Part shown: piece after piece, positions 13,115 to 24,641 of the stretch
Numbering within the stretch: position 1 is the first letter of the stretch
Layout of the letters: the number at the start of each line of letters is the position of its first letter
Origin: Moniliella sp. 'wahieum'
Taxonomy: Eukaryota
Length of the DNA: 64,000 nt
Assembly (NCBI GenBank): GCA_003971905.1
Contig: RSEE01000003.1
Span: forward strand, 1,240,001-1,304,000
Reading direction: 5' to 3'
Position numbers and translations under genes: made by a program
The notes under the pieces: generated by a model
The model's database searches: none
Seen by the model: the letters and a program-made list of their open reading frames with translations, nothing else
What the model was told of the DNA's origin: nothing

Positions 13115-13447
13115 GTCGTCTCGCATCCCCCAGACGCGCTGAAGGGATGGCGTGCAGACATACAAAAGGAAGACAGAACTCATGTGGCATGCTGAAAACG
13201 GTGAAGATAACTAAACAGGGGTGAGAAGAGAAAAGCATATAACACCACATGTTTGGTGTGTTCATGTGGGTGCTGTTGTTGAGCCATATGAGCCTGAAGA
13301 AGTTTCTCAGTGGAAAAAAGGCGAGATAGAGAAGCACAGGGGGTCGGGGGGGGGATAGAGAAGAATGCACAAGAAGGATGGCCTTTGAAGAGGATGGGAA
13401 GAGACAAAGAATGAAAACACTGACAAGCACGCTCGAACGGCCCATCC

Positions 13448-14900
13448 TTACCTCCCAAAAGAAAGCAAGAGGCCAAAAGGGGGTACTAACAGTACTTGTA
13501 AGGCCACCGCCCCTCCAATGGAAAGCATCCTCGCAAAAAGCGTGTTGAGATCAGCACTCCACCGACTCACCAACGTCTCCATCCCCGCCCGCTTCAACAA
13601 CCGCTCCACCGCCGGCCCAATCACCTTCAAGTCCACCTGTTTGCGCGGAGGCACGTGCCCACCGTCAAACTCAATGACCTCGCACGTGTGCGGGTCGCAC
13701 AAGCTTGCCAACTTGTACCCTTCATATCGCGCCCCGTCCAGACCCCAATCAGGTGGAGGGTCGGGACATTGATCAGGCGTCCTGGCAACAGAAAGGGAAG
13801 TTGACCTGCATTAGTCTGTGCATACTGGGCCCCGCCCCGCGCAGGAAACGGACGGCTGCCACCTGAGGGTATATACGGTAAGCGAATGCAATCAAAGGGC
13901 GCATGAACTGGGCAGCACATACAGATGAAGATGACAAATTTAGGCGACGGTCCCATTAGGTTCACATGGCCCAGGGACTCGGCCGCGCGGCACGCTGAAG
14001 AAGATATCCCGCCATGACACGCACCCCTGGGAAAAGCAAACCGCTCCATCGTAGCTCTGCCCTTCTGGGGCTTGAGAAGCGAATGGGTTCGTCGGTTCCC
14101 ACTGTGGCACACAACTTTGGACCAAAGCGGGACGGAGCTGTGAAGCAGTACGAAGTCGGGTTTGGGGCGACGCAGGCGAGTGCAGCGGCGGTGGCTCGTT
14201 ATCCATGTTGGATCGGGGCCAAAGGATACACGCTTTTATTGATTTGAAGCTTGCTCAGTGAGTTGCGGCTCAGGAGAGGAGGGCTGCGTTCGCGTGGAGG
14301 GGACTTGGATGAAGGCGTGGTTACGTCGGTCCCATGACTGCCCCCACTCGCGCGGCTGGATTGGCTTGAGACGGTACTTTGATCTGCGAGGCCATTGTGA
14401 AACGGATGAAACATGTCCAAGGAGCGAAAGTCATCCTGGAGCAAGGGCGCGTCGGAAAAGGAGAAGGAGAGTCCACCAGCGAGTGGGATGGGCATGGATG
14501 TTGAGCGCGGTGGAATGAAGAGGCCAGGAGGATAGTCTTCCTCGTCGGGGTCGCCCACCATTGGGAAGCGGTCGGCAACAGGAAGAGGCGAAGCCGGCGG
14601 GGGTATGGAAGTGGGTGCGTGAACTGCGCGGGGGCGCGGGCGGGGTGAGGAGCGCCTGGAGGTGTGCATGAGCCTGACGAATGGTGTGTGCGCTAGGGGT
14701 GTGGTACCATGCATGGTAGGTGTGGCGCGCGGGGGGGAAGAAGGCCTCGAGGCCGTGGTAGGGCGGTGCGGCGAGGGGGGCATCGACATAGACGAGGTGA
14801 GGTGCGAGGCAAGTATGCCGGGCAAGCGCCGTCAGCTGGGCACGCATAATGGTGCCCGATGCGCCCTTGCGTGCAGCGCGAGCACACGCGCGCTCGGCAT
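13448..14900 (-). CDS. FSH1/DUF341 serine hydrolase with a long low-complexity insert; 3' end uncertain
   Basis: RVLALH..GASGTIMRAQL, LVYVDAP, YDGAVCFSQG (nucleophile), INVPTLHLIG and FDGGHVPP (catalytic His). Confidence 0.75.
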
Positions 14901-16529
14901 GCGGCGGGGCGGGGCGAATGACGAGGCAGAGGCGGGCATGAAAGGCAGCATGGCGCACAGGCAGGGCACAGCTCTCGGGCGTAATCGTCTCCACAGGCCA
15001 GTGGGGGCGGGGGCTGAAGGAGGCGGGGTGACGGGAGGCTGGGGAGAACAGAGCAAGAGCGGCAGAAGGAGCGGGGGGGGGAGGGGTGGGTGGGGCGGCG
15101 GAGGCCGCGTGTGCGGTGGATACGATATACACTCGGTCGCCAATCAGCACGTGTGTGTGCTGGCGCGGTGTATGTGCGGGGGCTCTGCGGTGTGCTGAGG
15201 GGATGCAGACGCTGGGGGGCAGGTCTGCTCCGGTGGGCTGCTGCGCAGAGCAGCTGGCGTGGGCGGGACAGCCGAGCACTCCCATCCGTGCCGCTTCCTG
15301 CAAGCGTAGCCGCCAGGCCCGCAGCCCCCAGCCTGCCTGCGCCGACGCACAAGTGTATTCTCCACACAATACAAGCGAGCCAACCGGTAGTAAAGTGTCG
15401 TGTCCTATTTACCCCGTGCATATACTGCAGCGATCAGCGCGTGACCTGTCACCCCGCTCACCCGTCACGTCGCCCCACCTCCGAAGCGGCTCTTCTTGGG
15501 GCCTTCCTTCGTCCATATGTACAGCCCACCACAGCGCCCTTGCCATGACGAAATGGAGATGGCCGATGGCCATGATGTCGATGATGACGGTCATGACGAG
15601 GAAAATGCCCTTGATATCTGACGATGCCCTGCTGTGTGGTGCCGCGTGCGGGGGTGCACCTCTGAGCGCTCTGTCTGGGCTCTCTAATCTCCACACCATA
15701 CACATGTCTCCGTAAGCGTGTAAGCCGCCCTCAGTTTGCTCGCCTCTCTTCTTACGATGAACTCTGATTATAGATTTCCCGGTAACCTTATTATTATAAG
15801 CGCACATCAGTTGCACTCGTTTTGCCGTTAACAGCATCACGGCTCGTGTATTCCTCCTTGCTGTGGGTTTGTGTTGGCAATGCCACATCGAACCCATTGC
15901 CACATCCGCTGAAGGATCACCATACGCATCCACAAGGCCCTTCTTGACAAAAAGGGTCCGCCCGGGATCGACCGAGGACCACCTCTATGAGTTAACCAAC
16001 CCTAAAGAGGCATGATACCACTACACCACGAACCCCTGTGTCCTGCTCTTTGGGCATTGTCGATCCTGCCCACTACGAGATGCAAACCGGCGGTTTCCCT
16101 GAACCACCTTTCATGCCCAGTACGGTTGCAGGGATGGCTCTACCGACTGTCCTGGGGTGGCTGCAGAGTGTGTGCTGTGTTTCGGCCGCACACGCAGTGT
16201 GTGTGGGTGTAGGGCGTGCGGCGGGCGCGACGCGGCCAAAGTGGGCGGATTCGGCGGCACGGCACAGAATTGAGCCTTCGGCGGCAGGGACCGAAGGGTG
16301 CATTCAATTTCATCTTGCGCAGTGCACCAGCGCCAGCGCTGTCTGCGCGATCTGTGTATCAGCTCAGACTGCGTACTGAGTACGTCTCCAGACGAGCGAC
16401 GAGCAGCGCTGCGCCGCTCGTGTTCTTGCACACCGCCGACCAGGGTTCCTCTCAACGATCATCTCAAGCGCCCAGCTCCAAGCCCCCCGCTGGGTCTGGG
16501 TCGCTGGCGCTCCCAGATCAGACGCGCGG

Positions 16530-16763
16530 TGTTGACTGTGATCCTCTGGCTCCCAGTCGGTAGACCAGTTCGCCTCGTTCCATCGGCTTCCACGCTGACG
16601 TCCCTGCGTGTCACTGTCCTGTGCCCTGCACTCTCTCTGTGTGACTCACTGTCCCTGTGCCTATCCAGCCTCCTATATAGATGCCTCTGTACCCAGACCC
16701 AACTCTGGCTCCAATCCATCACCTTCTCCTCATCCTTCTGCCCGTCCGCTCCCTAGGCCAACA
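16530..16763 (+). repeat. 5' LTR (234 bp)
   Basis: Matches 17694-17930 except for 7 single-base indels. Confidence 0.92.
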
Positions 16764-16880
16764 GAGCTACAATCGATCCCCCCGGAAGGGGAGCGCTCTT
16801 CAAGCAAGCCCACCCCCAAGCCTACAAGCCCAAGCTAAGCCGCAAGCCCACAAGACACACCCGTCCTCCCCCCAACAACA

Positions 16881-16990
16881 CCACCGCCACAATCGGCACC
16901 TTACCGCCAACAATCGGCATACCTACGAACCACAGCCACAATCGGCATATACTACCGCCACAATCGGCATACTACCGCCACAATCGGCAC
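16881..16990 (+). repeat. About five copies of a ~21-nt unit (CTACCGCCACAATCGGCATAC) inside the LTR element
   Basis: The core CAATCGGCA occurs five times. Confidence 0.85.
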
Positions 16991-17693
16991 ACTCGTCCCC
17001 CACCGAGGGGGCAATGATTTTAGGGACAACACACGACGGAACAAAACGTGTCGGGTATCGTCACGAGACGAAATTCCTCCAACGACAAAACGGCGCAGGC
17101 GAATCGCAGAAGCGGGGGTGGCTGCTCATCAAGTGCCCCACCCACGGCTACACGCCCGGATTGCCAATTCATCCGGGGCACCTGGGGAAAGGATGGGGGG
17201 GGTGGTCCCCAACTTCTTCCACTCCTCTTTTTCAACAACAAGAGAACCCAACAGATCAAGACGGTTGACGCATAGCGCCCGTTCATTTCCCATGCCAATG
17301 GACCCCACTGGCACCAGGCATGCGGAACCAAACAACTACAAACGCATCCAATTTGATGCCAAACGACCTTGGACCGCATTTACTCCAAGTTTCCAATTTT
17401 TTCTTCACTACACCCTATAACTGGTGCTTTTACTTTGCCCACCAAATCGCTTCGGGGCGCAACCCCTACTACTTTTACTTCTAAGACTTCTACAAGCATC
17501 GGCGGTCGCACAACACCAACCACAAGCGCTCGGCTCGTTCAGGTTGTCATCCTGGACAGCGGATGTAGGCCACGTGTGGCCATGCACAACTCCAGGCCAT
17601 TCGTCCGGTGCCACTCAAGTCCTCCCCTCTCTACATCCACTGGCAGGAGCTCATCCCACAACCGATGTCTCCCGGGTTCCTGGCCAGCGGGGG

Positions 17694-17930
17694 TGTTGAC
17701 TGTGATCCTTGGCTCCCAGTCGGTAGACCAGGTTCGCCTCGGTTCCATCGGCTTCCACGCTGACGTCCCTGCGTGTCACTGTCCCTGTGCCCTGCACTCT
17801 CTCGTGTGACTCACTGTCCCTGTGCCTAGTCCAGCCTCCTATATAGATGCCTCTGTACCCAGACCCAACTCTGGCTCCAATCCATCACCTTCTCCTCATC
17901 CTTCTGCCCGTCCGGCTCCCTAGGCCAACA
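17694..17930 (+). repeat. 3' LTR (237 bp)
   Basis: Matches 16530-16763 and is followed by the TSD CGCGG. Confidence 0.92.
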
Positions 17931-17945
17931 CGCGGTGCTTCTGGC

Positions 17946-20900
17946 ATGGATGGCCAGCGACCCAGACGATCGATGATGCCACCTGCCGATGATCATCGGC
18001 CACGCGCATCACGGCTGGCCACTTGCTGCGTCCAATGCGGTGCTCACGCATCGCACTGTCAGTTGCATGTGTGCACGCCCGTCGCCTCGTCTTTGGCCGT
18101 TCCATCCGTCATCGCGTCATCGACCCATCCCTCCCCTTCCTCCACCATCTTCGGTCGTCTCTTGCACCCCGGCATGGCAAGGAGAGCACGCTACTCCATC
18201 GACCTGTCCTACTCTGGCGCCCCCTTGGGACCAGACATATTCTCGCCCTCGGTCTTCCCGCTCTGGGTGATGCCGACGAGCCTCCCGCCGGATCACATTC
18301 TTCGGCCCCGCCTCCCACCTCTCCTCCCCACAACCTCCCCGTATTAGAGACCTACGACCCCAAAGCCGCAGACGATGCCTCTACCATTCCTCATTCATGT
18401 TCTGATGCTGCACTTTCGCTTCCCTGGGGTAGCCCACCTGCGCCTGTAAACCATGCGCTGGTTACACGTCTTCCAGCTCGGCTGACTCCCACGGTACCTT
18501 TGGAGAAGAAGAAGAGCCTCCTCCCGCTGCCCCGCTCCGACACGTTCATCGCGCGCCGCCCTAGCCGCGTCCCGCCCGCGATTTTACCTTTTGCCCCGGA
18601 CGTGCCGTCGTTGCCTATTATGCCGCGCCGTGCTCGCCCACGCGCCTTCCATGGCGCTGCTCGTCCCTTCACCTTCCCTGCACTCCCCCCCCACCCCTGC
18701 CCGGAGGGTCTCGCGACCCCAACGTGGACACCAAATTGGAATGAGCGTCGCCGACGTTCTCGCTGAGCTCAAGGGGGTGGAGGATGAAACGGAGGAACCT
18801 TTTGGGCACGGTGGTGTCTCCAAGCTCAACCAGCTTTCCGAGCGAGACGAGGAGAGTTCGGACGCTTCACGCGACCCAGAACAGCCCCCTTCGGACGAAG
18901 CAAAGGTATGCTCAACTTTGGTGGAGAGCGCGCCCCCTAGCGAGCCCGCCAATCTTTCTTCGCGGGGTGACACCAGTTTCCCGACCGTGACTGAGGAGAC
19001 TATGCTCTCTCTTCCTCTCCCATGCGGCGGGACGGCAGTAAAGCTCGCCCTGTCCGGGCATGCCATCACAGGGCACACTTGGCTAGCCTCTGCCCGAAAC
19101 AGCTCCAACATTGAGGCTGCGCGTCCTAAGTCAGACACAGACCACGGTCAACACAACGCCCATCAAGAAAAAGCCCGGATCATGCTCCAGCCCCTGATAT
19201 GGACACTGTCCCCGCACCAACTCTTGTGAAGGAACCCCAACTGGCTGTAGCCCACGAACCTGACTCTACATGTAATCACGGTCTCCACGGCGTCGTTTCT
19301 ACGAACCAGCCTACCACCGACGACGCGGATCCCACGGAGAGTATGACCACGTTTCTGACGGACCAGATGGATCGGAGCATCGATCAGCATATGAATGCGG
19401 TTGTGAGCGCTATCCATTCGCTTGACTCGCCTTCCTCGTTGCCTCCAGAGAGCGACTTGGACTCCCCTCTACGTCCTGATCCCACCCTTTCGGAGCTGAA
19501 GCGATTGCAGGCAATTGTCGGGGTTGGCCTGCGGTCCCGGATCGTTGAACTGGTCAGTGTCTCTCACAAGATCGATCTTCCTCCCAACGTCTTGGACGAG
19601 ATCGTGGCGCGCATACAACGTGCTGCGTTGCCAAATCTAGACGCAGTGGGGCAGCAGGTGGCCGAATTGCTGCGCACAGAGGTACCACTTTATCACAAGA
19701 ACTGGTCCAAGCTGCCGAGACCAGGCGGCCACAGCCTGTCTGCCTTGCTCCTACCGACCTTGCCTCTATCCTTCAGGCTTTGTGGGACAGGCACCTCACC
19801 CCACTCTTTGCACCCTTGAAGAACCACCCTTTACCCTTCTGGATCAAACTAAGGACTTGGAGCATCTGATGGAGAGCCTTCAGCAGTTGGGTCGCCTCCC
19901 CCAGGAACTGACTCATTCCGCTATGGAGACGAAGGATTGGCACTCCCAGATCTTGGATCAGCTCTCTCGTCTGACCCCCTCCCCATGCTAAATGCAAAAG
20001 GGGAACGAGGAGCGCAGCGTCCTCCAAGATCAGCTTAGGGAACAACAAACCCTGCTCCAATTGACTCGAGCTGAGTTGGCAGCTGAGCGGGGTTCCCCTC
20101 TCTTGTTGAGGATCTGGAGAAATGCCGAGCCCGCTCCACCTCTTGGAAGCCCGGCTGGCCCAGGCCGAGTCAGAGTTGGTCTGCGAACGTGGGCGTGCAC
20201 TCCAGGCGGCGGAGAGTGAGCGGGAAATGGAGCAGAAACTGCAGAAGCTCCATGTGCTTCAGGTTGCCTCGCAGGTAAGTAGAGCGCCTGACCCATGCAT
20301 TGCAGGATGCTAGGCGCTGCACCGAGGAAGCGAAGCACGATGCCCAGTCCTCTGTCCGCACGTGGGATGAGGACCGCAGCTCTTACCAAGACGAAATCGA
20401 GGCACTACGAGGACAGTGCAAGCACTTTGAATCCGCCGCCGAGCAAGCGAGACTCACGTCTTACTCTCTCTCTCTCCGGGTAGAAGAGTTACAGTCGCTT
20501 GCCTCTGAGCGCCAGCTCACTCTTTCTCACCAAGAGGGTGCCAACGACCACCTCTCTACGCGCCTTGCGCAACAAGATACCCACATTGCACATCTCACCT
20601 CAGAACTTGCAGCTATGCGTCAAGCTCTTTCCCAGTACCAGTTGCCTTCTACGACCTGCACCGTTCAACATCCCCCCCATCGCATATCCTTTGAACACCA
20701 CACCCTCTTTGCCCTCGACTCTGCCCCGTCCAAGGTTGATGATGCCACCTCTACGACCCTTACCAACCCCGTTCCGATAAGAGAAGAGGTACGCCCCCCC
20801 TCCCCTCCATTCCTTCCTCACCGCGCGGCCTGTTCTGACCCACTTGCCCAGTTCCCCCAGCGCCCCCTCTTACCCCTCCTTTGAAACTGGTCCGGTTTTG

Positions 20901-20997
20901 TTACGCCCCAGCCCTCTCCGCCCCCGTTCTCTCCCACCCACGTCCTCCTCCCATGACTTGTCCCAAGGGCGAGGATGAGGATGGGTGGTGGTCGTAA
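17946..20997 (+). CDS. Large Pro/Ser-rich and coiled-coil hypothetical protein (frameshifted chain of ORFs)
   Basis: Consecutive + strand ORFs with heptad-like segments (LQDQLREQQTLLQLTRAEL, YQDEIEALRGQC), ending EDEDGWWS*. Confidence 0.55.
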
Positions 20998-22766
20998 CTG
21001 CTCCGCTATCTGTTGAGGTACCTGCCAAGCCAACCAATATACCTTGAATCTTGCATGCACCGGCCTGCTGCGCCTTGTTGCTACAGCCATGATCGATGAG
21101 CGTAGTTTGCTCACCCAACACAGCCGCTCGTGGGAGTAGTGACGCAGCGGTTAGCGTGTGAGATTGCAATGAGTAATGAGCCCCAGTGCGGCAGCCTTGA
21201 TCGCATCATCTTGAAGTCGTTGGTTCGAGTCCGACCTACTCCTATTTTGTTGCTGAAGTATACCAAGGAACGCCACATTGGGCTGTTGTTGACGCGACAG
21301 CGGACGTTAACGTTAACGCTGTAGAGGCAGTGGCACCGCCAAACTAAACTGCTTGTGTGCGTCCAATCCAAATGATGTCACAGCCACGAATCTTGATACT
21401 GATGGTGTTCAACGTATCATGTCCCACTCAGCGGTTTCAGCTAGTAGGTACCAGGACGGACTGGAGGGCGCACTCTCCCGAATGCAGTGCCCCCGCAGAC
21501 GCAAGCGCCTACGGAGGCGACCAGAAGGTCCAGTCAGGCTGTGGTTGTCGCTCGTGCTGACATGTTTTGTTGGCAGACCTCAACTGGTTCAAGCTTCAAG
21601 AGCTAGTTTCAAGCTTCAGAGCTTCAGCTCGCGCTTCCCACGCACTGTACCTGCCTCCACTTGGCAGTTGCCAGTGGGGTGCCAGGCACCATGCCACCTC
21701 CACTCCCAGATCTGTCACAGGTGCATGTCAGCATGCCAGCCGCCGGGCCGCCCCGGGCTGAGCCTGAGCTCCACAGGCCTCCCTCAGGCCCTCAGGGCGC
21801 CAGATTCCAGGCCCTGGGTCGGTTATGGTTACCGGTTGCGCATTACGCGTTCTGCGTACGCGGTTCACGCTCGCATTCAACGTTCAGACGTTCAGGCCTT
21901 GCCATGACAAGCTTTACACGCGCGACACAAATGCGGTGCGACCACCTACCATACCTGCTCAGGTCACTGAGTCCTGATAATTGATAGCCCCGCCAACCTC
22001 GGCCGAGATCATCGATCCTCGGCCATCGATCACCGACCAGACCTCTGATATCGGATCTCAGACCTTCTCAGACTTGAGCTCATGCACCCGTTCGTCGGAT
22101 CTGCGCCAGTCTGCGCCACGCTGGCTCCGGCTGAGCGATCTACGCATCATGCATCGTTCCCAGCGCGCCTCACGCTCACCGGTCAGTACTCCCCAATCAC
22201 CGATCATTAACGTCATGTCCAAGCTAACTTTCGATCCCGCTCAGCGCCACGCGCTTTCTGGCCATTCGCGTGTTCGCACGCACTCGGTTCATCGAATCCT
22301 GGGCTTCGATACCACACTCCCTCCATGCTGCCTCGATGCAACTGGGGCTAGTCTCAGTACTCAGTACCAGTACCCTCAGTCTCCGTACCCAGCCCCTCAG
22401 GACCCAGTCCAGTAACCTCAGTCTGAGTACTGAGACTCAGTTCCTCAGCGCTCCGCCTACAAGCACACAATCGCGGGGCGTCTCCGGATCCGCTTTCCAC
22501 TGCCCCCACGCCCACTTTTCTCCGCCCAGCCGCTAGCCATTTGTTGTTTGCCGCTGACTAGTCACGGTGACGAGGTAAGCGCTGAGGCTCAGCCGTAGCA
22601 CTAGCAGTACTGATTATCAGTTCACTATAGTAGCCGAGTCCCATGTTCAGCGTCCCCCTACGGTTTTTTATAAAGTTTCCGGGTCCTCTGGTTCTGAGCT
22701 CCCCTGACCGACTTGACCTCCCCCCCCTCCACATCGTTGCTACTCCATCTCACTCCATCTCGCTCA

Positions 22767-23065
22767 ATGGTGCGTCTTCCTCCCGCTGCTCGTCGCTGTA
22801 TCCTACGTGTTAACATCCCTCTTGCTTCTCCTCAGGGTTCCTGCTTCTCATCTCCGGAAAAGACCTCTAAGCCGCGGGCCAGGAGGGCTTGACTCGTACC
22901 ACCTCTTCCTACCAGGGCAGCAATGCCGATGCCACGCGCTACTCGGACCGGCCAAATCCTGCTCTGCATGACGGCCACCCCACTGTCGCGCAGGTGGCTA
23001 AGACCAACACGCTTGAGGCCCGCGTGAAGCAGGCCGAGTCTCAGAACCAGGCTCGCGCGGGCTAA
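22767..23065 (+). CDS. Small (~77 aa) protein with N-terminal MGSC myristoylation/palmitoylation motif; first coding exon is the ATG alone
   Basis: ATG|GTGCGT...GTTAAC...CTCAG|GGT TCC TGC TTC. One indel near 22872 restores the frame through to QNQARAG*. Confidence 0.6.
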
Positions 23066-24641
23066 ACGGATTTCCATCCCGTGGTACCGTCTTTCACCTT
23101 TCCTGGCTCTATGGTTCCTCAATACCGTCGATTCCCTTCCAGACCTGGCCTGGTCCCCCCCCCCCCCCACTTCCCCTTCTCCCTCCCCTCCACGCCATGT
23201 TTCTCCCTCTATATCAACCCTCACTTTTTGAAGGGTGCTCACTCCCCCTGTTTCTCCTCACCCCTTCTTGTATATGTTGAGTCCCTTTTCCACTCAAACA
23301 TGGGGTTACGACCACGATATTCGCCTTGTTTCTCTCGACGGGCACGCCCAACCTACCACCTTTCTAGACTTCAAGCACTCCCACCCAAGGGGCCTGTAGG
23401 GTGAGAGTACCTGTGTGCAATTGTCTTCTCACTCACCTCTTTTTTCACCGGGCTGTTTATCAGGGCCATATAGCTTTGGCGCACATGACTACGCTGAGGG
23501 TGTTGCGCGGAGCGCGCTGAGCGCTGACTCCCCCACCAGGCAAATTCCCGCAGCATCGACCAGGTCGTACTCAGTCTCTATATTCAACGGTTCTCAGTGC
23601 ATACACATGGGATTTTGTTCGATGCCCGTTCCAGGCCGGTGGACTGGTGTGTGCGTGTGGGTTGAGCGTTGAGCTCTGTCGTTCACCTTTTGAACAAAAT
23701 GTTGACCGCGGACCGCGGTCGCGGTGACGTGAGTCTGAACCGATGTATTGAGCACTGTAGGTTTGCTACCACTGTTGGGGGGGGGGGGGGGAATGATAAC
23801 CCACGCATCATAGTTTTACTATATTCTCAAGTGGAGAGTAGGGGCAGCTCTGTAGGACCACAGTCGAACCTCCTTGCCTCTCCGACTCACTGACTGACGA
23901 GACTGCCAACACGTCCAAGCTATAGCTCAACAACAGTCGTTCAGTTTCATACATTATTTCTCTTCATCGCATAGGATCCATAGCATCAGCAGAACGTAGC
24001 CAAGAAGCGCTACACCTACCAGCAGGCTCACTCACTTTGGCTTGGGCAGAGGTAGTTTGTACCAACCCAATAAAGAAGCCAATAGAGTCTCGTCGGCAGT
24101 AGATCTTCTTCATTATGAAGACCTACTGCTTTTTGGCTTCTGACATGCTCCTCCCAAACCGGCGGATGTATATAGCGCGGGTGGATATCGAGGCGCATGT
24201 TGGCAGCGAGCAATGTGAGAGCCATCTCCAATGATTCATGAACCTCTTCGGCCCGTTCTTCCGGCCATCAAACATGTTCTCGACAGGCAAGCATGTCATG
24301 GTGTCATTTTGGTAAGGTTACGCGTCTGGGCCAGCGGAAGCCCTGCGGATACCTACCGTGCAAGGCGCAGTGATCGATGATCCTGACCGGTGAGGAGGGT
24401 GTGCGCTGTTACGTAACAGGATCCACCCTGTTCCCATGCGGAGCAAGCCACCGTCGATTGTCAGTGCGTGATCATCGATGAGAGGCCCCAGGAAATGTTT
24501 TAATTCCACCAACCACGAGGCTGATCCGCTTTCCGTGCGCGCCGTGTTCGTTCAGTCGCCCTTGGCTGGCCATCCCAGCGTCTGGCGATCCGTCCCTCCT
24601 GCACCCCCCCACCAGCTCCCCCCCGCTGCGGTCCCAGTTGC

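Larger units (their letters stand above)
16530..17930 (+). mobile_element. Short non-autonomous LTR retrotransposon (probable internally deleted Ty1/copia derivative, TRIM-like)
   Basis: Direct repeats 16530-16763 and 17694-17930, each TGTTG...CAACA. 5-bp TSD CGCGG at 16525-16529 and 17931-17935. AGCGGGGG PPT-like tract before the 3' LTR. TATATA inside each LTR. Confidence 0.9.

Noticed and set aside
12890..13445. ORFs with SSLIPHP repeats
   Set aside because: Translations of the GAGGGAT repeat.
16881..16990. Short repeat array resembling a CRISPR
   Set aside because: The units are directly tandem without unique spacers, lie inside an LTR element of a eukaryote, and no cas genes are present.
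23940..24520. Short minus-strand ORFs as a possible pseudogene
   Set aside because: No motif recognised; not supportable without a homology search.
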